From the NCBI GenBank assembly GCA_963735805.1, contig CAVTMK010000002.1:32001-96000 (forward strand): a stretch of DNA of 64,000 nucleotides. Reading direction: 5' to 3'. The position numbers and the translations under genes are program-made. The notes beneath the pieces were generated by a model. It did no database searches. It worked only from the letters and a program-made list of their open reading frames with translations, and was not told the DNA's origin. Within the stretch, counting starts at the first letter, position 1; each line of letters begins with the position of its first letter. This stretch comes from an uncultured Verrucomicrobiae bacterium. GTDB taxonomy: Bacteria > Verrucomicrobiota > Verrucomicrobiia > Chthoniobacterales > UBA10450. Positions 29,499 to 38,083 of this stretch are shown here, piece after piece.

Positions 29499-30481
29499 AG
29501 GTCGCCGTCTTTGGCACCAGAAGTTACGATCGTGAATTTCTTGGCGCGGCAAATCATTCGCGTCACGAATTACATTTCTTTGAGCCGCACTTGAACGAGC
29601 AAACGGCCGGCCTCGCAGCCGGATTCAATGCCGTTTGCGTTTTTGTCAATGATCAGGTTGGCGCGGCAACGATTACAGCGTTGAACTCGTTAGGCGTACG
29701 TCTGATTGCGCTGCGTTGCGCCGGATACAACAATGTCGATCTAAGTGCCGCTAAGAAACATGGCATCACCGTCGTGCGCGTCCCCGGATATTCGCCTTAC
29801 GCAGTGGCGGAGCACGCGATCGGTTTGGTGCTGGCGCTCGATCGCAAACTGCATCGCGCATCCAACCGGGTGCGTGAAGGCAATTTCGCGCTCGACGGTC
29901 TGCTCGGGTTCGATCTCCACGGCAAAACTGTTGGAATCATCGGCACCGGAAAAATTGGGACTGTCGTGGCGCAAATTCTCACTGGCTTTGGTTGCCCGAC
30001 ATTGGTATTCGATCCGATTCCGAACGAGAAATGTCGATCCTTGGGAGCCCGTTACGTCGAGTTGGAAGAGCTCCTCGCGCAGTCCGACATCGTCACTTTA
30101 CACTGCCCGCTTACACCGGAGAACAAGCACATGATCAACGCCGCTGCGATCGCAAAGATGAAAACCGGAGTGATGCTGATTAATACCAGCCGGGGTGCGC
30201 TGCTAGACACGGTGGCCGTAATCGAGGCCCTAAAGAGCGGCAAGATCGGATATCTCGGTCTTGACGTTTACGAAGAAGAGGAACAGATCTTTTTCGAAGA
30301 TCGCTCTGGTCTAATCATTCCCGATGACGTGTTCGCGCGGCTATTAACTTTCCCAAATGTCATCATTACGGGTCACCAGGCCTTCTTTACGCGGGAAGCT
30401 TTAGAAAACATCGCGGCTGTTACCGTACACAACCTCACGAGCTTCGAAAATGGACTGAAGCTTGAAAATCAGCTTATTTGA
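29495..30481 (+). CDS. ldhA: D-lactate dehydrogenase (D-2-hydroxyacid dehydrogenase)
   Basis: [63 protein letters not shown]. Confidence 0.92.
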   Translation: MKVAVFGTRSYDREFLGAANHSRHELHFFEPHLNEQTAGLAAGFNAVCVFVNDQVGAATITALNSLGVRLIALRCAGYNNVDLSAAKKHGITVVRVPGYSPYAVAEHAIGLVLALDRKLHRASNRVREGNFALDGLLGFDLHGKTVGIIGTGKIGTVVAQILTGFGCPTLVFDPIPNEKCRSLGARYVELEELLAQSDIVTLHCPLTPENKHMINAAAIAKMKTGVMLINTSRGALLDTVAVIEALKSGKIGYLGLDVYEEEEQIFFEDRSGLIIPDDVFARLLTFPNVIITGHQAFFTREALENIAAVTVHNLTSFENGLKLENQLI

Positions 30482-30547
30482 GGACGCTCGGGACGAGACG
30501 ACGGCAACAGTGCTGGTTCGCGGCTGATCACCGCCCCGACAGGAGCG

Positions 30548-30577
30548 CAAGAAATGACCAATCTTTGCCAAGCCAGG
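30548..30577 (+). promoter_or_regulatory. Putative activator site (21-bp period), apparently leaderless promoter
   Basis: CAAGAAATG at 30548, CAAGCCAGG at 30569, CACACT at 30603, ATG at 30615. Confidence 0.72.
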
Positions 30578-30614
30578 ACAGGCTGCGCTTCCATAAATTA
30601 CGCACACTTACGGC

Positions 30615-31118
30615 ATGAGAATCACAAGCATCATCGGCCTTGCCGTAAGTCTAATTCTAGTGGCTGGCAACGCGTGCGCCGTTCAACCAGCGAAAGCGGA
30701 ACCCAAGCTCCATAGCGGCAGCATCCAGCCGTTCACGTATGGCAACGTTGTTGCTCATTTCAAGGCCGCTGGACTTCGGACTACCGAAGTACAAAAGCGT
30801 TGCACCATCTTTTTCGAGGGCAGATGGAAGAATGCTAACATTTATGACTATTGCGTTATCATGGTGGAAAACTCCGATGAAGATGTGCAAGTGACGTTTT
30901 ATCTTACTGACGCCCATGAGATGAATTGGGTAACAGAATTCCTCGACGCCCCATTCTTTGCTCAACCGGAAACGCAAAAGCTCTTTGGCTTGATTAATTC
31001 GGGACACGACATTCGCGGAGAAAAAGTCGGCCGCTTTCGTGTGGATTTTAATCGCTGGCAACCGCGCCATGCCGAGATTCTCGTGTTTAGCCTCACCCCA
31101 GTTCGCGCTCGAGGTTAA
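30615..31118 (+). CDS. Hypothetical secreted protein
   Basis: Signal-peptide-like N-terminus (MRITSIIGLAVSLILVAGNACA); preceded by the shared motif. Confidence 0.7.
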   Translation: MRITSIIGLAVSLILVAGNACAVQPAKAEPKLHSGSIQPFTYGNVVAHFKAAGLRTTEVQKRCTIFFEGRWKNANIYDYCVIMVENSDEDVQVTFYLTDAHEMNWVTEFLDAPFFAQPETQKLFGLINSGHDIRGEKVGRFRVDFNRWQPRHAEILVFSLTPVRARG

Positions 31119-31305
31119 TCAAGCCTTGATGACGCGATCGCGGTGAGGAGGGCTCCGATGACTCCTGAGAACTGACCAGCGAGAAACGGCGAACCGCGAC
31201 AAACATAGCTCGGGAAATTTCCTCGTTTTTCAAACGCCAGTTGTCCAAAGGATGCGAACAGATGTCTCGACTCCCAAGCGATCCATCCCGAATAGTAATA
31301 ACACG

Positions 31306-33234
31306 ATGGCCCAGGCTATTGCCTCTCCAAAGCTCAGACATCAGCCGCCAATCAGTCGGTTTTGGGAATCTGTCACCGTTCTACATCGTCGGAGAACCAG
31401 CATCATCGCTGCCTTTTCGGTTATGGCGATCCTAGTGCATCTCGTTCTGCGTTTTGGCTTACACATTTCTCCGGGAGTTTCCCAAATTCCGCTTGCTGCT
31501 GTGCTGGTTTTTGGTGGTGTTCCTCTCGTTTACGAACTAGCCGGAAATCTTTTACGCCGTGAATTCGGCTCTGATCTGCTTGCCGGACTTTCGATCGTCA
31601 CTTCTGTCTTGCTTCACGAATACCTCGCTGGCGCGATCGTCGTATTGATGCTTTCCGGCGGCGAGGCGCTCGAAAATTATGCATTACGCAATGCATCTTC
31701 GGTCTTGCGGGCTTTAGCAAAACGGATGCCCGCCATCGCACATCGGAAACGAGATTCCGTAGTCAGCGACGTGGCGCTCGATGACATCGCGGTGGGCGAC
31801 ACACTAGTTATTTATCCGCACGACATTTCTCCAGTGGACGGAACTGTGATTGATGGGCACGGAGTAATGAACGAAGCGTTCCTCACCGGGGAACCTTTCG
31901 AGATCACGAAAGCGCCCGGATCCGCCGTCATTTCCGGCGCGGTGAATGGTGAGTCCGTTCTCACTATCACAGCCTCGCGTCGTGCGGTCGATTCGCGCTA
32001 CGCCAAGATCATGAAGGTCATGCGGGAGTCCGAGCTAAACCAACCACATCTACGACGGCTCGGAGATCAATTGGGAGCGATTTACACTCCAGTCGCAGTC
32101 ACCATTGCGGTACTCGCGTGGGTCATCAGCGGCGAAGCCGTTCGCTTTCTCGCTGTACTCGTGATCGCCACACCCTGTCCGTTGCTGATTGCCATTCCGG
32201 TTTCGATTATCGGCTCGATTTCTTTGGCCGCGCGACGTTCGATCATCATAAAAAATCCAGCGGTCCTTGAACAAATCACGAACTGTCGCACTGCAATCTT
32301 CGATAAGACTGGAACACTCACGTACGGCGAGCCCAAGTTGACGGAACAATTTATCGCACCGGGTTTTGCACAGAAAGAAGTGCTTACGCTCGCGGCAAGT
32401 CTTGAGTTGTATTCGAAACATCCGCTCGCTCGCGCCATTCTTGCCGCGGCGTCCTCCGAAGCGCTTCCGCTCCAGCAAGCGTCCCGGGTTAGCGAGCCTC
32501 CCGGCCAGGGATTGCGAGGAACGGTCGGTGGTCATGAGGTTCAAATTACCAGCCGTGGCAAACTCATCACCGAAAAGGTACCGGGCTCCGAGCATCTTCC
32601 ACCGATCGTTGGTGGACTGGAATGCGTCATCGTAATCGATGGGCGATTCGCAGCGGCTTTTCGATTGCGGGACGCGCCCCGCGCAGAAGGGCGTTCCTTT
32701 ATTATGCACCTGGGACCGAAACATCAGTTCCAACGTGTCATGATCCTCTCCGGCGATCGGGAATCGGAAGTGCGTTATCTCGCGGAAGAGGTTGGTATCA
32801 GCGAAATTCATGCGGAGCAAAGTCCGGAACAGAAGCTTACAATCGTTAGACAGGAAACTGCCCGCGCGAAGACCCTATATGTCGGCGATGGCATTAACGA
32901 TGCGCCGGCAATGATGGCGGCTACGGTAGGAATGGCAATCGGGCAGAACAGCGATGTGACCGCAGAAGCCGCTGACGTTGTGGCAATGGAAAATTCGCTG
33001 AAGAAAGTGGATGAATTCATGCACATCAGCCGCAGGATGCGTTCTATTGCTTTGCAAAGCGCCGTCGGTGGAATGTTGTTAAGCTTTGGTGGTATGATGT
33101 TCGCCGCCGCAGGGTTTCTGACTCCGGTAGCTGGAGCTATCAGCCAGGAAATTATCGATGTGCTGGCGGTGCTGAATGCGCTGCGAGGTGCTTTCCCGCC
33201 AAAACTGATTTCGGATATCACAGAGGGCTCTTAG
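31306..33234 (+). CDS. Heavy-metal P1B-type ATPase (P1B-5-like)
   Basis: LTGEP, ATPCP, DKTGTLT, SKHPL, GDGINDAPA, QEIID. Start uncertain (31252 or 31306). Confidence 0.9.
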   Translation: MAQAIASPKLRHQPPISRFWESVTVLHRRRTSIIAAFSVMAILVHLVLRFGLHISPGVSQIPLAAVLVFGGVPLVYELAGNLLRREFGSDLLAGLSIVTSVLLHEYLAGAIVVLMLSGGEALENYALRNASSVLRALAKRMPAIAHRKRDSVVSDVALDDIAVGDTLVIYPHDISPVDGTVIDGHGVMNEAFLTGEPFEITKAPGSAVISGAVNGESVLTITASRRAVDSRYAKIMKVMRESELNQPHLRRLGDQLGAIYTPVAVTIAVLAWVISGEAVRFLAVLVIATPCPLLIAIPVSIIGSISLAARRSIIIKNPAVLEQITNCRTAIFDKTGTLTYGEPKLTEQFIAPGFAQKEVLTLAASLELYSKHPLARAILAAASSEALPLQQASRVSEPPGQGLRGTVGGHEVQITSRGKLITEKVPGSEHLPPIVGGLECVIVIDGRFAAAFRLRDAPRAEGRSFIMHLGPKHQFQRVMILSGDRESEVRYLAEEVGISEIHAEQSPEQKLTIVRQETARAKTLYVGDGINDAPAMMAATVGMAIGQNSDVTAEAADVVAMENSLKKVDEFMHISRRMRSIALQSAVGGMLLSFGGMMFAAAGFLTPVAGAISQEIIDVLAVLNALRGAFPPKLISDITEGS

Positions 33235-33374
33235 GAAGAATGGACCATACACTGCCGTGCCGCCTATCCGGGTCGATCATGCTAGATATTTCCCCTTCAG
33301 CCACAGGCTTTCATCGCGAGCTCGCCGCAATCGAGCGAGCAGTGCCAGAAGGCCGATCTGCAGGTTTCTGCTAT

Positions 33375-33458
33375 TTACGCACCGCGTAAACAGCGCTCCA
33401 TAATTAAGACGTATAGCCCCATCATCGCGGCTACGCCGAATGCAATTACGTATTCCAT
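33375..33458 (-). CDS. Putative 27-aa single-TM peptide (MEYVIAFGVAAMMGLYVLIMERCLRGA)
   Basis: GAGGTGGAG SD-like sequence and ATG 10 nt after the stop of the upstream small ORF; one hydrophobic helix. Below the ORF-track cutoff. Confidence 0.5.
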   Translation of the reverse strand: MEYVIAFGVAAMMGLYVLIMERCLRGA

Positions 33459-33468
33459 TTTCTCCACC

Positions 33469-33669
33469 TCACTTCTTGGTCTCCGCACAACCAGGGCAGG
33501 GATGCCCCCAGCGGTCGCATCGGCAGCCATGCTTCTTAGGATGACGGTCAACAATATTCTCCGTTGTGATCGGAACGTGACGCGCGTCCTTGGCCGGCGG
33601 CTTTACACGTGGAGCGACACAGCAGGCATTAAGGTATTCATCCATCGTTAGAACCAGATCCGTTTTCAT
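33469..33669 (-). CDS. Small Cys/His-rich protein (66 aa)
   Basis: SD AAGAGGA before ATG 33669; CC and HGCRCDRWGHPCPGC motifs; preceded by the shared motif on the minus strand. Confidence 0.65.
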   Translation of the reverse strand: MKTDLVLTMDEYLNACCVAPRVKPPAKDARHVPITTENIVDRHPKKHGCRCDRWGHPCPGCAETKK

Positions 33670-33723
33670 AACCGTTTCCTCTTTTCGATCAGAGACTACG
33701 GTCACGATGAGAAAAGCACTCCT

Positions 33724-33753
33724 CCTGGATTGGCTTTTGCTTTGCAAAAATTG
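33724..33753 (-). promoter_or_regulatory. Putative activator site (21-bp period), minus strand
   Basis: Minus strand CAATTTTTG from 33753, CAATCCAGG from 33732, TAGTCT from 33698 (55 bp on). Confidence 0.66.
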
Positions 33754-33869
33754 CCCAGGCTTTGGACAAACCAAGTGAGTCTTCGCCGTGACTTGGCGGC
33801 GGGCAATGCTAGAGCAACGCGATAATCCGTTGGCGAGAAAAGATGCGGTGCGCAGCTGGTGGGCGCCGA

Positions 33870-35009
33870 CTAACTGGGCACCGCGGCGTGTCCTGATACG
33901 TTGAGACCTTCGTACGTTTCCTCAACGATATGATCCACCACGGCCTTCATATCATGCGTACGTTCGAACGCAGCAAGTTGTCGGTCTGCGCCGGTGCCTT
34001 CACGCATGATGCGTTCGATATGCGCCATCTCACGATGGGTCCCGAGCTCGTCTGCCTCGCTGGCAACAAATTCAAGCAACTCGTTCAGCAACCTGCGCTC
34101 TTCTACTTCCGCTTCCCTGCCGAAATCGATCAGTTTTCCGTTGATGCCGTAGCGCGCTGCGCGCCAACGGTTTTCATCCAGAAGGCGACGACGGTAAATC
34201 CGGAAGGTAGTGTTTTGCCAGAGCAATTTGAAAAGCTTGGCAATGACTGCCTGGATCAGCGCTGCAATCGCGAGCGTGTCATCCACCCGGGTCTGGGCAT
34301 CGCACACGCGCACCTCCAGCGTATCGAAAAATGGATGCAGCCGAATGTCCCACCAGATTTTTTTCGCGTTGTCGACGCAGCCGGTCTTAACCAGCAGCTT
34401 GCAGTAGTCTTCATACTCCGACAGCGACTCGAATGCGTCGGGAATGCCGGTGCGCGGAAAACGCTCGAACACTTTGAGGCGATAACCTTTCAGCCCGGTA
34501 TCGTGCCCTATCCAAAACGGAGAGTTGACTGAAAGCGCGTAAATATGCGGCAAGAAATAGCGTGCTTGATTCATCACATGGATGGCGCTTTCGCGATCAG
34601 GCACTCCGACGTGAACGTGCAACCCAAAGATCAGATTTGCCCGTGCAAGCAATTGCATGTCTTCGATAATCTGCTTGTAACGTTCGCCCTCGGTGATGTG
34701 CTGATTGCGCCAATGCGAAAACGGATGCGTGCCAACTGACGCGATCTTTAATCCACTCCGACCGGCTAGCTCCGCCAGTCGGCTGCGCAATTCGATCACA
34801 TGCGCGCGCGCGCAATTGATGGAATCGCAAACCTCCGTGCCGAGTTCCACCACAGACTGGTGCATCTCGGGCTTGATCTGCTCTTTAAGGAGGATTTTTC
34901 CGCCTTCGAGAATTTCGTGAATATGCGACCGCAACTCACGCGTTTCCGGATCGATAATGGCGAACTCCTCTTCGATGCCGAGGGTGAATGTGTGCTCCTT
35001 CGCGCTCAT
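33870..35009 (-). CDS. ybdK: Carboxylate-amine ligase, YbdK/GCS2 family
   Basis: FTLGIEEEF, EMHQSVVE, GTHPF, FGLHVHVG, NSPFW, FPRTGIP, WWDIR.HPFF.TLEVRVCD, ENRWRAARYG. Confidence 0.9.
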   Translation of the reverse strand: MSAKEHTFTLGIEEEFAIIDPETRELRSHIHEILEGGKILLKEQIKPEMHQSVVELGTEVCDSINCARAHVIELRSRLAELAGRSGLKIASVGTHPFSHWRNQHITEGERYKQIIEDMQLLARANLIFGLHVHVGVPDRESAIHVMNQARYFLPHIYALSVNSPFWIGHDTGLKGYRLKVFERFPRTGIPDAFESLSEYEDYCKLLVKTGCVDNAKKIWWDIRLHPFFDTLEVRVCDAQTRVDDTLAIAALIQAVIAKLFKLLWQNTTFRIYRRRLLDENRWRAARYGINGKLIDFGREAEVEERRLLNELLEFVASEADELGTHREMAHIERIMREGTGADRQLAAFERTHDMKAVVDHIVEETYEGLNVSGHAAVPS

Positions 35010-35150
35010 TGAGGGGGGGCAAATCTCCGCCAAAAAGAGAGCGCTGTCATCCCGACCCGGTCACTTCGCGATGTTCCCTTGCAGAGATCGTCTTTTATAG
35101 CGCCGCAAGTTAGCTGAATCGGGCTGAGGAAGCGAAGTTGACTATAGCTC

Positions 35151-36116
35151 TTATGCGAGATCGCTAAGCGAGCGTTTCGTCACCGCAGCTTGCAGGAACT
35201 TGCCCCAGCTTAAGTTGTCGCGGCCTGAAACGTGTTCGCGCGCTTTACGGATCGCCATTTCCGAAACGGCTTCGACGACCCATTCAAAATTTGCCTGGCC
35301 TACCGATGCTGCTTCTGCATCTGGCGCAGGGTTACAAAAATCTATTGCCAGTGGCAGGCCGTCGCGCACGGCGAACTCCACGGTGTTCAAGTCGTAGCCA
35401 AGAAATTGATTCAACCGCAAAACACCTTCCTCAACTTTCTGTAGAACCTCTTTCGGCGTCTGCCACTCAGTTTGATATCTCAGGTGATAAGGATGACGCG
35501 GTTCATACGGCATGATCCGCACGTGGCGTTGATCGATCGAGTAACACCGGAAATACATTTCGAACTTTACCTCCTCTTGTAACATCATTACCAGTTGGCC
35601 GGTTTCGCTGTAGGCGCGGTAAAATTCGTCCGGATTGTGTAATCGGTAAACGTTCTTCCAGCCGCCGCCTGCGAATGGTTTGAAGAACGCAGGCCAGCCG
35701 ACGTAACTGAAAATGGCTTCCCAATTCAGCGGATACCCAAGATTGCGAAATGATTTATCGTTTGTGTCCGCCGGGGGTTGGTTGGACGGAAGTAACACGG
35801 TTCGCGGTACGGCGACGCCGATCTTTGTCGCTAGCGCGTTGTTGAAGAATTTTTCGTCCGCGCTCCACCAGAAAGGATTATTTACCACCGCTGTACCAGT
35901 GAGCGCTGCGTTTTTGAGCCAAGCCCGATAGAACGGGACATCTTGCGAAATGCGATCGATCACCACGTCGTAACCGCAAGGCTCGCCTTGAATCACCTTG
36001 TCGATTCTGACGAATTCCGCGACGATGTCCTTGCCGCCGGTTTTTTGATTCACCCTCTCGACAAATGCCGGTGGAAAACTGTGTTCCTGGCCAAAAAGAA
36101 TTCCGATTTTTTTCAT
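35151..36116 (-). CDS. ATP-grasp fold protein (RimK-like amidoligase)
   Basis: VIDRISQDVP, NNPFWWSADEKF, FFKPFAGGGWKNVY, MLQE, NTVEFA, IDFCNPAPD. Confidence 0.85.
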   Translation of the reverse strand: MKKIGILFGQEHSFPPAFVERVNQKTGGKDIVAEFVRIDKVIQGEPCGYDVVIDRISQDVPFYRAWLKNAALTGTAVVNNPFWWSADEKFFNNALATKIGVAVPRTVLLPSNQPPADTNDKSFRNLGYPLNWEAIFSYVGWPAFFKPFAGGGWKNVYRLHNPDEFYRAYSETGQLVMMLQEEVKFEMYFRCYSIDQRHVRIMPYEPRHPYHLRYQTEWQTPKEVLQKVEEGVLRLNQFLGYDLNTVEFAVRDGLPLAIDFCNPAPDAEAASVGQANFEWVVEAVSEMAIRKAREHVSGRDNLSWGKFLQAAVTKRSLSDLA

Positions 36117-36128
36117 AACTGGATGTGT

Positions 36129-36170
36129 GTCATTTCGAGTGAAGCCAAAGGCGGAAGTCGAGAAATCTCT
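36129..36170 (+). repeat. REP-like element (GTCAT...GTCGAGAAATCTCT), left flank of GIY-YIG remnant
   Basis: Imperfect inverted partner at 36496-36524; related copy at 43689-43717. Confidence 0.6.
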
Positions 36171-36175
36171 TACGC

Positions 36176-36477
36176 TTACATGTCTTGCAGTACGTCAGCG
36201 GCGAAATCAAGCCAACTCGGATTCATGCGATTGATGAGAGCGCTTTTTTGGCGCGTGACCATTTCTTTAGCTGTGATTCACGGGCAATCGCGTCGCGAAT
36301 ACTCCTATAATGCTCATATTAGATGAGCTTTTTGCATTGATAACGGGCCACGAAATTCGCCCAATCCTTTTTCGGTGTTTCCATGTTCGCCGCGACAGGC
36401 TATTTGTGACGCCGATATATAAACCGGAATCGTTCGGTTAGTGACAATGTAACCCAGAAATCGTAATCGCGTGGCAT
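36176..36477 (-). pseudogene. GIY-YIG nuclease (UPF0213-like) pseudogene
   Basis: Across frameshifts reads MPRDYDFWV/YIVTNR../LYIGVTNSLSRRTWKHR../FVARYQCKKLI*YEHYRSIRDAIARESQLKKWSRAKK/ALINRMNPSWLD; contains an internal TAA. Confidence 0.85.
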
Positions 36478-36495
36478 CGCTGAAGATAAACAATT

Positions 36496-36524
36496 AGAGA
36501 TGTCTCAACTTTGATCGACATGAC
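36496..36524 (-). repeat. REP-like element, right flank of GIY-YIG remnant
   Basis: Reverse complement GTCATGTCGATCAAAGTTGAGACATCTCT resembles the left element. Confidence 0.6.
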
Positions 36525-36583
36525 GAGAAGGAAAACCCAGAGCGTGAGTTTGAATCCGCATCGCGCAAGAATAGCTTAAGCCT

Positions 36584-36967
36584 ATGGTCAAGAAATTGCT
36601 GCATACGCGCTATCGCGTCCACGACCTGGAGAAAACGGTTTCGTTCTACAAGGAGGTGCTGGGACTCGAGGAACTTCGCCGGCACACGTCCGGTCGCGGG
36701 TCGCAGCTTGTGTTTTTAAAGGCGCCCCATGGCGATGTGGAGATCGAGATTTGTAAATTTGACGAGAGCGGCCCGGTAACAGTTGGTCCCGATCTTACCC
36801 ATCTCGCATTTGAAGTCGACGATCTGGAAACGTTTGCCAAGCACGCGGAGGCAAAAGGTTACCCGCTGTCCGATGGACCTCATTCGAGCGGCACCGGTAA
36901 AATTGCATTCATCGACGCTCCGGAAGGCTACGAGATCGAATTGATCGAGCACGGGCGAAAATCATAG
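36584..36967 (+). CDS. VOC/glyoxalase I family protein (lactoylglutathione lyase-like)
   Basis: LLHTRYRV.DLEK...FY...LGL, HLAFEVDD, AFIDAPEGYEIELIE. Confidence 0.88.
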   Translation: MVKKLLHTRYRVHDLEKTVSFYKEVLGLEELRRHTSGRGSQLVFLKAPHGDVEIEICKFDESGPVTVGPDLTHLAFEVDDLETFAKHAEAKGYPLSDGPHSSGTGKIAFIDAPEGYEIELIEHGRKS

Positions 36968-37033
36968 ACACAAGACTAGCATTTGCGGTTCGGTGCTTGT
37001 GCCGGTAAAAGTTCTGTCACTAATTTCCAACCC

Positions 37034-38083
37034 ATGAAATTGTCGCGCAACTGGCTCTCGTTCCTTTGCGTTCTTATCCTGGCATCGGTTCCTAATGTAT
37101 GGGGCCAGGACGCCGCTGACTCCGACGCTGTACGACCGAGTGGAGTCTCAGGGCCAGTCCGCAAAGCGAAGACGGTTACAGATAAAGAGAAGGCGAACTC
37201 ATCCGATGGTGAACAGGACGCCGATGCCGAACCGAGTCCGACCCGCAAGGCAAAAGGCTCGAAATCGACCCATACCCGATCGCACCGGGCGCGGGTGAAA
37301 GCGAAAGAAACGTCGGAATCAATCGCTGCGCCGACCGATTACACGCCCGAGGGCATACCGAAGACCACCGCGGCGTCAGTGATTGTGGTAGATGCGAATA
37401 GCGGCAAAATCTTGTACGAAAAAAATGCGGACCAGTTCAGGGCCGCGGCAAGCACACAGAAACTGCTTACGGCGCTGATTGTGGCGGAGAGCGGCTTTCT
37501 TGATCGACAGGTCACAGTGCAACCGACAGATACAAACGCTGAGCCGGTGAAGTTGAACATCAAGGCGGGCGACACTTATCAGCGGATCGATCTTCTGCGC
37601 GCGTTACTGGTGAAAAGTCCTAATGATGTCGCTCGATGTCTGGCGCGAGATAATGCCGGCAGTATCGAAGCGTTTGCAGACGTCATGAATAGACGCGCCC
37701 AACAACTTGGAGCTGTGCACTCGCACTTTGTAAATCCGAACGGTTTGCCGATACCGGGCCAATATTCCACTGCACGCGACCTCTCGCTCATCGCGCGGGC
37801 TGCTTATGCAAATCCGACGATCCGGTCGATCGTTTGTCTACCGCAACTGGTTTTTCGATTCGCCAACGGCCGCACACGCGAGCTTGAAAACACCAACAGG
37901 CTTCTCAGGCGATTGCCGTACTGCAACGGGATGAAGACGGGTTACACCGAGGCTGCAGGCAAATGTTTAATCGCAAGCGGCACACGCCCGGGCAAGGATG
38001 TGATTGTTGTAGTCTTGGGCGACAGCTCAAGCCACGTGTGGCGCGATGCGTCCGCGCTACTCTCCTGGAGTCTCTGGTTGTAA
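37034..38083 (+). CDS. D-alanyl-D-alanine carboxypeptidase (peptidase S11)
   Basis: Signal peptide, SxxK (ASTQK), SxN (SPN), F.NP.GL, KTG (MKTGYT). Confidence 0.92.
   Translation: MKLSRNWLSFLCVLILASVPNVWGQDAADSDAVRPSGVSGPVRKAKTVTDKEKANSSDGEQDADAEPSPTRKAKGSKSTHTRSHRARVKAKETSESIAAPTDYTPEGIPKTTAASVIVVDANSGKILYEKNADQFRAAASTQKLLTALIVAESGFLDRQVTVQPTDTNAEPVKLNIKAGDTYQRIDLLRALLVKSPNDVARCLARDNAGSIEAFADVMNRRAQQLGAVHSHFVNPNGLPIPGQYSTARDLSLIARAAYANPTIRSIVCLPQLVFRFANGRTRELENTNRLLRRLPYCNGMKTGYTEAAGKCLIASGTRPGKDVIVVVLGDSSSHVWRDASALLSWSLWL

Noticed and set aside
3900..33800. FNR/FixK (TTGAT-N4-ATCAA) boxes as the island's regulatory signal
   Set aside because: None seen by eye in the intergenic regions; the recurrent signal is a direct repeat. 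A formal scan was not possible.
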